Positions 23,301 to 34,967 of a stretch of DNA of 64,000 nucleotides are shown in pieces. Position 1 is the first letter of the stretch, and each line of letters begins with the position of its first letter. The stretch is from Neophaeotheca triangularis (lineage: Eukaryota): assembly GCA_054600435.1 (NCBI GenBank), contig BAAIJX010000021.1:124001-188000 (forward strand). Direction: 5' to 3'. The notes under the pieces were generated by a model. That model did no database searches and was not told where the DNA came from. It saw only the letters and a list, made by a program, of their open reading frames with translations. A program made the position numbers and the translations under genes.

Positions 23301-24391
23301 GCGGTATGGACGGTCTAAAGAAGTCGCGCAAAAGGAAAAGGTCTGATGTCGAGCCCGTTGAAAGTGCTGAGCCCGATGAAGATCATCTCACCGATTCTGT
23401 CTATGACAGAAGTCGCATCATCGGAACATCGTCTGCGAAGCTCAGCTATCTGCTCTCCAAGATACTCGAGTACCAAAAGGATGAGAAGATATTGGTCTTT
23501 TACGACGGCGACAATGTCGCCTATTACATTGCCCAAGCGCTAGACCTACTTCACATCAAGCACGAAATCTACGCCAAGTCTCTCCCCCAACATCTCAAAT
23601 CCGAGTACATCGTACGCTTCGACCAAGAGCCGCAAGATCGGGTTCTCCTCATGGATGTCAAGCAAGCAGCATTCGGACTGAATCTCTCATCAGCATCGCG
23701 AATTTTCTTCGTAAACCCCGTCTGTCAGCCTAATATCGAAGCACAAGCCATCAAACGAGCGCACAGGATCGGGCAGACTCGCAAAGTGCACGTCGAGACG
23801 CTCGTATTGCGAGGCACGATCGAGGACAAGATGCTCGACCGTGCGAAGAAAATGACAAGGAGCGAGCACCACGACGCGAAGCATCTGGAGGACGATGGGG
23901 GTATCAGGGAGATCATCCAGAGTGCTAGGATCATTCCGATCAGCGAGGAAGAGGCTTTGCCCAGGGGTCAGATGGCGCCGTTAGATGTGCCGCAGCAACT
24001 GTGGGGGCGAGAAGGCTGGAAGGAGGCTCTGGAACGCAATGCTTCGAGCAAAGGGCGTAGGAGTGATAGGGACAAGAAGCCTGGGAAAAAGGTCAAAAGG
24101 TCGGTCGGTGGTGAAGAAAGGAGCGCCAAATCCTCAGAGCAATGGAGACCGTCTGCTACCACCTCAGGCCAAGGTGTTAGCTTGCCCACGCCGGAGCGGA
24201 GCTTGAATGCTCGAGATGGCGAGAGCGATGAAGAGCCTCTGATCGTCCAACACTTGCGCAAAGGCATGCTGGGCTTGAACGACCCTAGTCTGCCAGCGAT
24301 GTCGTCGAGGTCTGCTATGCAAGCACAAACATCACGTGCAGGGCTCCCGTCTACATCACTCGACTGGTCCAGTGGGTTCCGCGAAGCGTAG
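20396..24391 (+). CDS. SNF2-family ATPase/helicase (Rad5/Rad16-like group)
   Basis: LYPYQ, GGILGETMGLGKT (motif I), TLVVVP, RLIIDEGH (II), VVSGTP (III), FGLNL, EAQAIKRAHRIGQ (VI). First ATG at 20396. Confidence 0.92.
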   Translation: MDDTATPIGSVLTRDSSSSETQVATGSASNLSGSPPDGSSPELQESNASSSSRTSISTPDTSVVKTKSHVHNVLDDAHALVSDLSNYLALGCLCFEDFVNTDGDGKVDQWQEVVHPEVLLAVDGGLGAHIARLISYRWIRMQMGRSETDEHTLIFRVYVLPGDVGLRFIDRHNRRLYADLEHLIAEIDTSQETWAGRPGNTRKFDIWATRDEGSLFYMFNKLPSPAPSIEIVKEKYTREALEDLLDPASVLPGLRTELYPYQRRSAGLMLQREFTSELMLDPRLESRTAPDGSTYYYGPRDLLFLRSPRHYEACSGGILGETMGLGKTVICLAAVLATKHHLPKIPSPYQTSRVRNQGAASLSDTVVASINRKSIPWKVEFERIRHASGQDMTACIKRLEAEPPTYEIPVEPMRWNRKTTLPPPTRMMLAATTLVVVPRNLCKQWHSEIRKHIEEDALRILVMEELRSVLPPPTELRSYDLVLFSRNRFEQEIKDGSDDEGRRIAPVQAKAMCQCPYIGASRVRDCRCVREDLLYDSPLKHLHFKRLIIDEGHFFSATNTTAVTVANKLVKADHRWVVSGTPAKDLLGVEVDMSSASAWQTPDLPGDRDAALEGRRNFSVKEDTNGAIKSLGALACNFLQVRPWCASDSERPLVWDDCIYRHEDARKRTYSGFSISLRKTLEAMVVKTQPQDVERDIELPPLSHEVVYLEPSYYDKLSANLFTLVLTANAVTSERTDADYLFHKNSAKARYQLVTNLRQSAFFWTGFSEADIQASCDNGQRYLDKDKEQTRCSDEDRGLMTTAMQGARSIFNSQGWKAMSKSHEIGLFVEDWPPESAEFWAFSEPHQPLLTGVSQLLEAQKHVNSRSMQADPGEGLGGLGITSLAPARLQGDSSQDKAVLIKSGIPTSSINGEPPKRRTSSTDTSRSPQKQLPFTVKKPTTSVGHRQTPQKCKTTSIEEASTLHNSAERGMDGLKKSRKRKRSDVEPVESAEPDEDHLTDSVYDRSRIIGTSSAKLSYLLSKILEYQKDEKILVFYDGDNVAYYIAQALDLLHIKHEIYAKSLPQHLKSEYIVRFDQEPQDRVLLMDVKQAAFGLNLSSASRIFFVNPVCQPNIEAQAIKRAHRIGQTRKVHVETLVLRGTIEDKMLDRAKKMTRSEHHDAKHLEDDGGIREIIQSARIIPISEEEALPRGQMAPLDVPQQLWGREGWKEALERNASSKGRRSDRDKKPGKKVKRSVGGEERSAKSSEQWRPSATTSGQGVSLPTPERSLNARDGESDEEPLIVQHLRKGMLGLNDPSLPAMSSRSAMQAQTSRAGLPSTSLDWSSGFREA

Positions 24392-25540
24392 TGTCTGTCG
24401 CTGAGAGGGTGCTGAGCGTTGGCTTGCGAGAAAACCTGAGCTCTCAATCGAGTAATGGCGTTTTCATAGAGATACCCTAAGACAGAACGGATTATTGTAC
24501 ATACCGGCAGAACAGTGCCAAAACCCTTCTCCATCACTCCCTTACCAATTTTCCTCAATGGGTTTTCGTTGTCCGCCAGCAACATTGGAATTCCTCTTCC
24601 GCCCAAGCGTTGCTGAATCCTCGGTGATCTGTCCAAGCACCCTGAAAGCATCTTTGAAGTCATCACGTGGTCAGCTAGGCTGCAACAACTCGTTCTGCTG
24701 ATTCAATACTCCAGCTATTCAGGGATGATCATTCGTCAAGTCGTCAAGGGGCAATGTTTATAAACATGAAAGCAGTTTGCGCGGGTTTTGAGTGCTTAAA
24801 GCGTCTAGGTGGCGCTGCTTGCTCTAGACAGCAGCGTGGGATGCTACATTTGTGTTGCTGATACTGATCAACAATTGATGATCTCAACTAATCTATAGAT
24901 CTCGCTATTGGCTATAGGAAGGTTCGTGGTGAGGAGGGAGCTTCACGTGGGATAACTTCCAAGCCCCCGGCTTTGTCTAGTCATGCTTCAGAGTTGTGCA
25001 CAGCATGAGGTGCTGTCTAGTCGGCGGTGTGTACGCAATTTATAAAGTTTGACGAGTAGGTCAGCTACTAAGCTAGCAATGTAGGAAATTACGGAGTTGG
25101 GACTACTCGGTCTACTGTGGGTAGGTGTTGCCATCAGCTACCGATAGACATTGCTCGATGATCTCGACCGACCACACCTCACGTTCTGCAATCTTGGAGG
25201 GGGTAAGGTGTGATGGCTGCCAAGCGCCAAGGATCACCATCACCTCCCCCCCCCCCCCCTCTTTGCTCCCGCGTTTTCTCCACAATTCTCCACACGTACA
25301 CGGGCGATTTCTTCATGGGACATTCTTGTCTCGACTCACCTGCACCGTTGTTGTTGTTGTTGCCTGCGCCTGGCCGACTAATTTCGACGCGCCGTCGTGC
25401 ACCGGCTGTCGGTATGGCGGGCCCAGTCGTGCATCGGCTGTCGGTATAGTTGAAATATCGAGCATCCCGCGTGGTGTGAAAGGCCTCGCTCGAGAGCTGA
25501 TCACCCTCGTCACCTTCTTTACTTGGACCCAAAGCCGGCC

Positions 25541-27718
25541 ATGCGTAGTAGCCTCATCAGTCGATTGCTCTGCCTTTCCTCCGCCCTGGCTTTAGCCAAA
25601 CCGACTGCGCAAGCAGACTCCTCCAATCATGCTTCCCGTCCCAATATCGTAATGGTCATGACCGATGACCAAGACCGTCGGCTGGGCTCACTCGAATACC
25701 AATCGGTTCTTCAGGACGAGATTATTGCGAAAGGCACCGAGTTTACAAATCACTTCGGCACCGTTGCCCAGTGCTGTCCTGCTAGGGCGTCCGTATTCCG
25801 AGGGCAGGCCGCGCACAACACCAATATCACTCATGTCAATGCTCCAGGGGGCAACTATGACAAGTGGGTGTGGAGTGGTGAGGACCAGGACTACTTGCCC
25901 ATGTGGCTGAAGAAGGCTGGATATCGAACCGAGTGTAGGTTCAAAGTACTAGGGCCATCGATGCAATTGAGATAGCTCGCGGCAGCCCGGGGGGACTTGC
26001 TAACCGTTAGACTTTAGACATTGGGAAGTTTCTGAATGGTTACCTTCCACGCAATTACCATGTGACGCCCAAAGGATGGGACCACGTGGACGCCTTGGTA
26101 GGATGAGGTTCGTTGCCGCAAGGTCGATTGCCAGCTGATAGTCTCTGGCAGGTTGATCCCTACACCTACACCTTCAACACCGTTGTTATGTCTGAGAACG
26201 GGCAGAAACCCGTCTTTTACCCCGGATACCATCAAACCGATGTCATTCGTGCTAAAGCGTTCGTCAAACTGCGATTCCGGTTCGGCTCACAAGCTGACCG
26301 CACATAGGCTCGCGAGGCTCGAGCACAGCATTAACCGACCAGAGCCTTTCTACATTCAGGTCGCCCCTGCCGCTCCGCACGTCTCTCAGGAAGACGATGT
26401 GGACGATACAATATTCCCCCCCGTACCGCTTAGCCGACATGCCGATCTTTTTATCAATGCCTCCGCTCCTAGGCCACCAAATTACAATCCGGCGCAAGCT
26501 TACACTGACCAAAAGCCTTCGTGGCTCCACGAGCTAAAACTGCTTAACGATACCGAGCTCGACTACGCTGATTTTAATTTCCGGGAGAGGATTCGATCCC
26601 TACAAGGTGTTGATGAAATTATGCATGACATGATGGAGATGCTCGAGGCTCGAGGCGAACTGGAAAATACCTACTTCGTCTTTACTACTGATAATGGATA
26701 CCACCTTGGCCAGCACCGCATGACCTCCGGTAAGGCTACGCCGTATGCGGAAGACACTAACCTACCTTTCGCAGTCCGCGGACCTGGTATACCGAAAGGC
26801 AAGGTGTCTGTAGACCCCGGTACGCACGTGGACCTGGCCCCTACTTTCCTTGAGATCGCGGGACTCGACAAGACGCAGTGGCCGGCTTTCCTAGACGGCC
26901 GGAGTTTGTTGAATCAATGGCATGGCAAGACCGTCAATAACCACGTCGAAGATGAACGGGTAGCGGTCGAAGTGGTAAATATCGAGTTTTGGGGCGGTAA
27001 CCATTTCGAAGGGCCGCCATTTCAGACGAACACTGGAAATAGTTACAAGACAGTCCGCATCGTAGACCAAGAAGCATCTTGGTACTTTGCTAAGTGGTGT
27101 AATGGGACCGTGGACACTGAACTCTACAACACCAAGGTACGAGTGTGTGTGTGTGTGTCAAGCCGGTAAGAAGGACCTACTGACCACTATTAGGATGATC
27201 CATACGAACTCACCAACCTTGCCATTAACGCCACGGCCGCGACCCAGCGCACCCTGGACCGCCTAAATGCACTTCTTCTCGTGACCAAATCCTGTGCCGA
27301 AGGATCCTGCCGTCAGCCCTGGGCCCTTTTCCAGCCTAACGGCACTTGCACCACTATTGATTCCCTCGCTACCGCCATGCAACATCAATATGACTCTTTC
27401 TTCGCTTCGTTCCCGGATGTTCAATTCACCGCTTGTCTCAATTACCAAAGTGTCGAGAACGAACGTCCCTTCTATCCGCCGGGGGCCGAGCTGCTTGGCG
27501 AGCAGCACAGGAGACTGCTTTCTTTTGAAGAGTACAATTTGGAGACAAGTCCACGTCCTCCGGCTCAAAAGGTGCCGAAGAACGAGATTAATATGGGGGA
27601 TTGGAGCCAAAGACATGTGTCGCTAGAAGAGATGATGCGTACGGCGAGAGAATTGACGGAATGGGAGCTGGAAGATATGCCCAGGAAGAGATCGATCGGT
27701 GACTATGAGAGTAATTGA
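25541..27718 (+). CDS. Secreted arylsulfatase (fungal ARS-1-like)
   Basis: Signal-peptide-like N-terminus; PNIVMVMTDDQD; CCPAR formylglycine motif; YIGKFLNGY; TDNGYHLGQHR; DLAPTFL; ELYN..DDPYELTNL. Introns 25935-26017, 26098-26151, 26259-26328 and 27137-27193. Confidence 0.94.
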
Positions 27719-28208
27719 TAATGAGTGCACGGGTGTGGCAATGTGGAGGGGCTGGAGAGTTGCGATGTACCATCAGATTCTCTGGCTCAAATCCAACCGT
27801 TCTGGTGCGGCAGCTTGGTGATGTGGAACGTGGCGACGGGACTTGCATCTTGCCCCGAAGCGTTTCGAATCCTCCAGCAGACTTGTCGTCTCACAATAGT
27901 TGCAAACCCCGACGCCTATGCTGGGCTCTCCTTTACTTTGTGTGATTATGAGCGCGAAAGAGTCAGACATTCTTGCGAGGAACATTCGTCGAGTATCTAG
28001 ATGAGAACCCGAAAACACGCGATACAGGAAGGTACTAGTACTCTTAGGCACCCCTCTTGGAGCCTTAAGTTCCATCCAGCCTTGCGAAACACCAAATGGC
28101 CTTCGGCGCCCCGCGCTCCAAGAGACACGACTGCTCCGCTATATAGCGCTTAATAACCCGAATCACGTCCTCGGGAGCGATGCAGAAGGGCTTGTGTGCT
28201 TTCAAGTA

Positions 28209-28280
28209 CATATTCAAGCACTGAAGCGGGTGAGTAGTACTACGGTGGGCGACCACGTTGGAATCCCACCTGTTGTATGT
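28209..28280 (+). pseudogene. 5S rRNA 3' half (5'-truncated or chimeric 5S copy)
   Basis: CATATTCAAGC...GGGTGAGTAGTACTACGGTGGGCGACCACGTTGGAATCCCACCTGTTGTATGT matches the 3' part of fungal 5S rRNA (loop E AGUA/GAA, GTGG-GCGA-CCAC hairpin, terminal TGTTGTATGT) and is followed by a T run. No ACATACGACC 5' end is present at the expected position. Confidence 0.8.
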
Positions 28281-28418
28281 TTTTTTGCTCTCTTCCTTGG
28301 ATTCTTTTTTCTTCCCCTTGGATCTGTCTCTGTAACGCAACGAAATGTTCACCTTTAGCGGTAAGTCATACTAAAGTTACACGAGAGACGCAAAATATGC
28401 TGCACCACTCGTAGATAA

Positions 28419-30689
28419 CTAGCCTCTCCTCTCCTCAGCAACGCCATTACCAACACCGAATCCCCTGACCCACTCTCCAATCTCAAACCCCAGTCTCCTC
28501 AGCACACTGCCATCGACACCGGTATCGCTATCAGTGTCTTTCGTCGCCGCTCTCTTGACGACGACGTTTTTTTCTTCCTCCAAAATCTCTACGCTCTGCT
28601 TGGTCCCCGTCTCACCGTTGTCTTTGAGGAAGATGGTCAAGTCCGGTCCTACTATGCCTCGCCATTGGGTGGCTGTCCATTGCCAATGGTCGGAAGGCGA
28701 GTAGGGGTCCTTGATGGGGATGAGGGTCGCGAAAGTGTTTGAGGCGTGGAGGGAGAAGTTTGGGATGATCACGACGCAGGGGTCAGAGAGCGGCGAGGTG
28801 GTGGAATTGGGACCAGACGGCGAGGGTGCTGCGTCGACGTCCATCTTATCGGTTGAGTGGCAACGGGTAGCGGTGGTGTTGTGGCTTGACATGTTGTTGG
28901 CGGAGACTTTGGGGGAAGAGGATGCATCGCTGTCGTCATAGTCTTCACTGATGTGGCGGTTCGCAGATTGAGGTGCGGCAGCAGTAGCACCTGACTGGAC
29001 GATGGGCTTGCATCCAGAGGCCAGAGCCTCTACAAGTTCAGCCTGCTTGTCAAGCCAATCAGCAGCAAGTCGATGATAGGTGGCCATGGCATTGTTACTC
29101 GAGACGTTTTGGGGCATGGCAGGTCCCTGATACTCCACGACCCCCTTTTGCTCTTCCTTGCTGAGTGTCTTGACCAACCACTTTGATAAAGCTTTGACAG
29201 CAACCGGGTTGTCGCCTTCGACAGCAATCAGTGGCCCGCGAGGTGTCTCTTTCCTAAGCGGGGCAGGGGGAGCGATGCGTCCGAGAACTTTGATTTTGTA
29301 GTTGAAGGCGATGCCAGCAATGATCTCTTCAATTGTCTTGCTGGAATTTCTGCTGGATGTATTGGGGGGCGCTGCGGTCGTGGGAGTCTGACTGGTAGCA
29401 GTAGGAGTCGAGTTCGTCTGCAGAGGGGGAAGTATCAAAGAACGATCGTGTGCCATATGACCTTGGCTGAGACGATGCTGTGAGTAGCCCATTCCGGGGC
29501 GTGGCGGCGTTGCCATGGGTCCTGGGGGGCTTACCACGCCCCTAAGGCCGGGCAAGCTCTCCCGACGAGATACTGCTGGTGGGTAAGGGTGCGGTGGTGG
29601 AGGCGCGCCAAATGGAAACGGTGTACCAGGGCCTCCAGGACTGCCCTGAGCCATCGCATGGGTGTACCGCTGTGGCATTGTGCGTTGCATAACTCCTTGG
29701 TGCTCGACGTTGAAACGACGACGCTTCAGATCGGGGCTCAAAGGACCTAGCTCGTCACGCTCGTCAACATGAGGGCTGTACATTGGCGACATGGCGTTGG
29801 CTGGAAACTGCCTGGTGCTGCGGGCTGCGGCAGGCGACTGGATGCTTAAATCTCGCAACACTGGCAGAGTACGGCTGACGGGGGTAATGCCTGCAGTGTG
29901 CGGCGTTCGAGGCTGCACGTTCGTGGGACTTGATCTGCTTGAATTGGCGGTAAAGGGAGTGCTGAGAGCGAGAAGACTCCTTCCTCCACACCTCGCGCAC
30001 TTTGGCTTCTCTCCGTTGGCAGTGATTGGGGAATCCGAAGTTACAGAGTTACGTCGACCGTTGCGCTTCGGTTGATAGCGGTAAGATGGGTACTGTTGCT
30101 GATGGCGAAGCTTTTCTTCTTCTGCAAGAGCCTTCCACTCGTTCTTGACCTCGGCCGACTGGTTGCGCCACTGCTCGCCAATGATCTTTGATATCTCGGG
30201 ATTGGCGAGACTAGGGTACTGCGCAACGACGCTGGCTTGGTGGTGTTGACGATATAGGATAAAGGCTGAGAAACAGATGTCAGTACATGATGTGTGACTA
30301 TAACGTGCTGTTCATGGGCGATGCTAGCAGTGGAGCTTACCGTTACGTGGCCTTGGTATCTTCGGATCAGGCTGGCAAATGCAGACTTGGGCGGTAGACT
30401 CTTCGCCGTCGCCTGTCCTGTGGGCGGGCGTTCCTATACTTTCGATCTCTTTGTCCTCGAGCGCGACAATACTGGCGTCCCTTTTCCTTGTTTGCGTGAA
30501 AGGTGGACTCTCTTCCGGGGTCAGGGGTGTTTTCGACCCGCGCGAGGGGCTTGGTGAGTGTTTATGGGAGCGCGAAGATGACTGGGTCGAGGACGTGCGT
30601 CTTGAGGAGCTGCGAAGGTTAGGTGCATTCGATTTGGGTGCCTGAGACTTGTTCAAGACAATCTGCTCGCCCGGATCCGTGTCTGGCAT
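28419..30689 (-). CDS. HMG-box transcription factor (Rox1/Rfg1-like, SOX-TCF type box)
   Basis: KIPRPRN|AFILYRQHHQASVVAQYPSLANPEISKIIGEQW...WKALAEEEKLRHQQQYPSYRYQPKR (intron 30340-30266), continuing in frame into the 499-aa ORF. Start codon uncertain (30689, or upstream at 30848). Confidence 0.9.
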
Positions 30690-32558
30690 CGTTCGCTGCC
30701 ACAGCTGTCTGGTGAAGATGATACGTCCCGTATCATCTGGCTGTTGATAGTGCAAGGTCGAATTACGTCCAACACACGGCTTCTGCGGTAGGTTTTGATG
30801 ACATCCTATTGGCAAGGTCGGGATCGATTGCTCAGCTGAGGCCGACATGGAAGGCGAATAGAGGGTGGCACGCTTCTTGTTCTGCTCACATTCCCTTTGA
30901 CAATGAGAGAGCGTTTCCACGCCAATGGCGAGCCACGCAACAGCGAATCAGAAAGGGGCGTGGCGACCATTGTGCGCCGACGAGCCTTTGTTCTCATTAT
31001 ATAGAGTCCCAGGAGCGGAATGCAAGTTCTTTGTTGCTCCATGACGAGCACGGCGGTCGCCGAGCACGATGATGTTGGAACACTTGCGCGAGCTGGCCAA
31101 GGGCCCATTGCTCAGTCGGCTTGAGTAAGCAGCTGCCGCGCCTTTCTTTGTTCGTTGTTTGGTGCATTTCGGAAGACAGACTTGGCCAAGGCTAGTTTCC
31201 ATCAGCTGTTCTGAGACATTCCAGCTTTGGGGCGCCCGCTCGATGCAAGGAGGTGAGGCGTCTCAAAGAACTCGACAATGCGAACGGACTACGCCTCAAA
31301 ATGGGTAGTGCTTTGTAGACCTACCATCTTCGATACCGGACGGTTGTGAAACGTAACGCATAGGCTATCCAAGTCGCCGTAGTAACATGGAAGCGTGAGG
31401 GTGTGTGGAATGTCACACTCTTCCGCATCACAACGGCAACAGCTTTCTCTTGGTTTACCACAACTACTGGGATAGTGAGACTTCTGGGGCTCAGAAGGTC
31501 GGACGCAGCAGGCCTGCTTCAAACCGTAGTATCGCTGTACCCGAACGGCCGGGGTGAGTGCTATACTTTTGCGGCACCCTCTATCGTTGGCTGACGTGAC
31601 GGAGTAGTTCGCCTTCCCAGCAATGATCTGATGGTCGTTCGCTCGCAAACGCAGAAACGCGTCACTGATGGGTCGCAGGCAGAGACTGAGGTGTAGCTCG
31701 ACTTTGGAGCCAGCTCCGATGCTGGGCGGTATCCCCAGCCACGGAGTAGGTCTCGGGCGGTTGCGCGGCGTGGAAAGTAGAAAGAAACGGCAGCTCGAGC
31801 ACAGCAAACATATTGACGGAACGGATATGACCGCCGGGCAGGCGAAAACAACCGTGGAGAGTGACCTTCTCGCAAGGGCGAGCCGTTCCGCCATAGAGGC
31901 AGACTATCAAGCATCAAGTGGCCGAGAACAAGATCCGGAGAGCATGTATAGAAGAACATCGTCAAAGTGACCGAAGTAGTGGAAACTTGAAAGACTGCCG
32001 GTATGGAGGTACCCGTCACCAGCGAGCCCTGTCAGCAGCTTGAAGCAGTTCCAGGTCATTATCCGTCTGCTGCAAGGTGTCACGAGCTGTTCGAGGCAAG
32101 CTGCAGACGTCGCGTGAATCATCATCGGAGACCTGACCACGCGTTCGTGATATCCATGGACGCCCGTTGGTGCCGACAGGTGTTAGTTGGCAAGGCCCGC
32201 CGAGCTGTCATCGGGTGCTTGCACAATGATGCAGCGGCGCGGAGGTAGGTAGCAGCGCAGCAGCGCCTCAAGTGTCTTCAAACGACGAGTCAGCACAGGC
32301 CAGCTCATCTACTGCCATACTGTCGCTGAAACTCGTATTCGGTACCTCTGTAGGATCTATGCCGCTTTCAGCTCTGACGGATAAGTTACAGTAGTCGCAG
32401 CGGTCGCAACGACATATGAGCTGTCAAGCCTGTTGGGCAGCGGCCTTGTACTTTGGGCACATAGGGTCAGGGTTTCAATTTGTACTGCTACAGGGTTCAG
32501 ATTATGGTACAATCGTACAGTTTCGAGCAACCCGCTCGTGCTAGACGACATATCTTGC

Positions 32559-33947
32559 CTACATCGCCAGTGCCTGTTCAGCCTCTTGGGCTCGCTTCTC
32601 ACTCCTTGCAAGCTTCTTTGCTTCCGCCCTCTCTTGCTGACGCAGGTGTTTCTCGGCCAGGCGTTCATTCTGACTGTCCTCAGCCCACCGCCGGGCGTGC
32701 GAGTTGAACTCTTTCGACGCCAAACCCAACGCCTTCTCCCTCTCCGCAGCCAACAGAGCTTTCGCCTTCCGCATTTCACTGAGTTGTTGCTCGATATGGG
32801 CGCTCCTTACTCGGGTGATCTTCGATCTTGCTTCCGAAATTGCTTGTTCCACTTGCTGTACAGCCTTTGTTCGGGAAGCCTTCTGAGCTTGCCTTGCAAG
32901 CTTCACGGACATCAATGTCCCCTGGTCTTCGTCCAACATTGGCCGATACCTGTCGAAGCGAGCGTCTTTGAACCTATCGTGCAAGTTTTGGCGCAACCGG
33001 CGCGCGAGTTCTTTGGTGGGCTTGTCAATCTCTGCAGCTGCCTGAACAACTTTCTCCTCCCTTTCCTCCAAAGCCTTCAGCCTTTCGTTGAAGCCTCTTC
33101 TCACATCGTCAATGGCCGATGTCTTCTTTTTGTCGGAGTATTTCTTGAACAGTTTCTCACGTTCTATGTTGAGCCTGCGGCTTGGGTCTTCGCGCACGCG
33201 CTTCCAGCCCGTCGGCGTCAGGTAGAGATGCTGATGTGGTGCCACTCGGAACTTGAGAGGCGGCAACTCGACAGGCTGCTCTATCTCGAAAGCATCGTCC
33301 ATTTCGACCGCCTCTCCTTCGATCCCTTCAGCATCTACCCCTTCAGCATTCTCGTACTCTTGCGCTGCAGCCTCTACCGTACCCTGGGCTTCAGCCTCGG
33401 CCATCTCGCTCAGACTCTCTTCAGCCGGCCCCGTCTCAACAGGCGGCAGTCCGAGAGCTTCCCTTTGTGCAGCAAACTTCCTTTTCACCACTGGTGTTTG
33501 CATCACCGCCCACCTCAGCCACCATCCGCTCTCGCCGAGCTCCTTGATCCTCATTTCCTTCTCGCCCAGCAAATACTCATCCAAACCTCCCAGCTTGTCG
33601 ATAGTCCGAAGTACCTTTGTCGTAACCCTGACCTGCACATGCCTGTTGAGCGCCTTGGAAAAGAGGCGCTTGGTCTTGACATTCGGGTGCCATGATCGTC
33701 TTGTCTTGACCTCGAATTTGTCGCTCACGTTGTTGCCAAAGCGGATACGCTGTCCTCCGTAAAGACCTTTGGATGACTGTTTGTACCATAGTGTAGGACC
33801 GTATGGGTATGGTGGCACGGCGTCGGCGAGGGACTCGGGGTGGTTGTCCTGCCATTGGAGAGAGACAGGGAGACTGCGAGTGGTGGAGAAGGCGCGCCGA
33901 GTGCAGGTGGCTGCCTGCCTCGACGACGGACGAAGCATCGATGCCAT
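32559..33947 (-). CDS. MRPL24: Mitochondrial ribosomal protein bL28m with a long C-terminal extension
   Basis: PPYPYGP..WYKQS.KGLYGG..IRFGNNVS...KTRRSWHPNV...LFSKALNR...LRTIDKLGGLDEYLL. Confidence 0.93.
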   Translation of the reverse strand: MASMLRPSSRQAATCTRRAFSTTRSLPVSLQWQDNHPESLADAVPPYPYGPTLWYKQSSKGLYGGQRIRFGNNVSDKFEVKTRRSWHPNVKTKRLFSKALNRHVQVRVTTKVLRTIDKLGGLDEYLLGEKEMRIKELGESGWWLRWAVMQTPVVKRKFAAQREALGLPPVETGPAEESLSEMAEAEAQGTVEAAAQEYENAEGVDAEGIEGEAVEMDDAFEIEQPVELPPLKFRVAPHQHLYLTPTGWKRVREDPSRRLNIEREKLFKKYSDKKKTSAIDDVRRGFNERLKALEEREEKVVQAAAEIDKPTKELARRLRQNLHDRFKDARFDRYRPMLDEDQGTLMSVKLARQAQKASRTKAVQQVEQAISEARSKITRVRSAHIEQQLSEMRKAKALLAAEREKALGLASKEFNSHARRWAEDSQNERLAEKHLRQQERAEAKKLARSEKRAQEAEQALAM

Positions 33948-34182
33948 TACCGCGGTCAGCAGCCCCGGTCGGAACTGGCGAGCTAATGAGTTGATTGGTG
34001 TGGATATGTCTGCAGATGTAGTTGCTGCTTGTAAGTGGGAGTAGTCGCTTTTCGGGGGTGAGCGGAATTTGCTGCATGACTCGTGCCTTACCTCACATCA
34101 CCCTCAGCTACTATACCAGGCGCTACTAATATAGCTCAACTACCCTAGATTGAGGCCGTGGACGTCCTGCTTCACAATCAAG

Positions 34183-34853
34183 ATGGTTTCGATGCTACAG
34201 CGTATGCGCAAGCTGCAAACCAAATTATTGGCCATTCGTCTGGGCTCTGGCGCAGTCGTACTCCCAAAGGATGTGAAGCGGATACACCTTCGCTTTGCGC
34301 AAAAGAACGAGGGTGGACACATGGGTTCTAGGTGAGTCTACACTTCCGCTCTTGACTACGATATCAGATGGTTAACAAGCAATTGCACAGAAAATTCTGG
34401 CGCCACGAAATGCCTCGTCTAAAATACCACAACCCCGCCGTCCCCATGACCATTGACCGCACAGCCCTCGCTTCGGATCCCGCTGTTCTGAGCATACACT
34501 TTGCGCCTCGCGATGCACCTCAGACCAGCCAATCGGCAACTTCTTCCCCTGCACCGACGGACTCGACGACGGCAGGCACCACCCCCAGCGAACATACGCC
34601 GAGCGATCGCGTGGAGAGCATAGACTGCAAGGAGCGGACGAATGGTGAAATCATGGAAGCTGTTGTCCAATTAACAAAGGCATATCCCGTGGAGGCCACA
34701 GCAGAAGACCGCGAACAATTGAGAGTGTTGGAGGAGCAAAGGCTGAGAAGCTTGAGGGACAGCAAGCAATCTCAAGAAATGCAAGCACGGAAGAAGAGGG
34801 AGAGGGAGATGTTGGAGCAAGCTAGGGGAGACCAAGGCGCATCGGCTGCGTAG
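34183..34853 (+). CDS. MRP49: Mitochondrial ribosomal protein mL61 (L51/S25/CI-B8 fold)
   Basis: MVSMLQRMRKL...LAIRLGSGA...GGHMGSR|KFWRHEMPRLKYHNPAVPM; intron 34332-34390. Confidence 0.88.
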
Positions 34854-34967
34854 TTTCAGGTATGGGCTGAGTTTTACTGCATTGGCTAGGTGCATTGGGC
34901 AAGGCGTACAAGGGAACGGTTTCAAGGGAGAAGTGTGTGGGCAAACGTCTGTAAGATTTGTACAGTA

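Noticed and set aside
25246..25259. Poly-C tract upstream of the arylsulfatase
   Set aside because: Simple homopolymer with no supporting evidence of function.
27982..28011. ACATTCGTC... as a displaced 5S 5' end (5S with a large insertion)
   Set aside because: Two mismatches in helix I and no helix II complement; compatible with chance.
32433..33695. 420-aa plus-strand ORF
   Set aside because: Antisense shadow of MRPL24; L/F/S-rich composition expected from a reverse-complemented charged protein.
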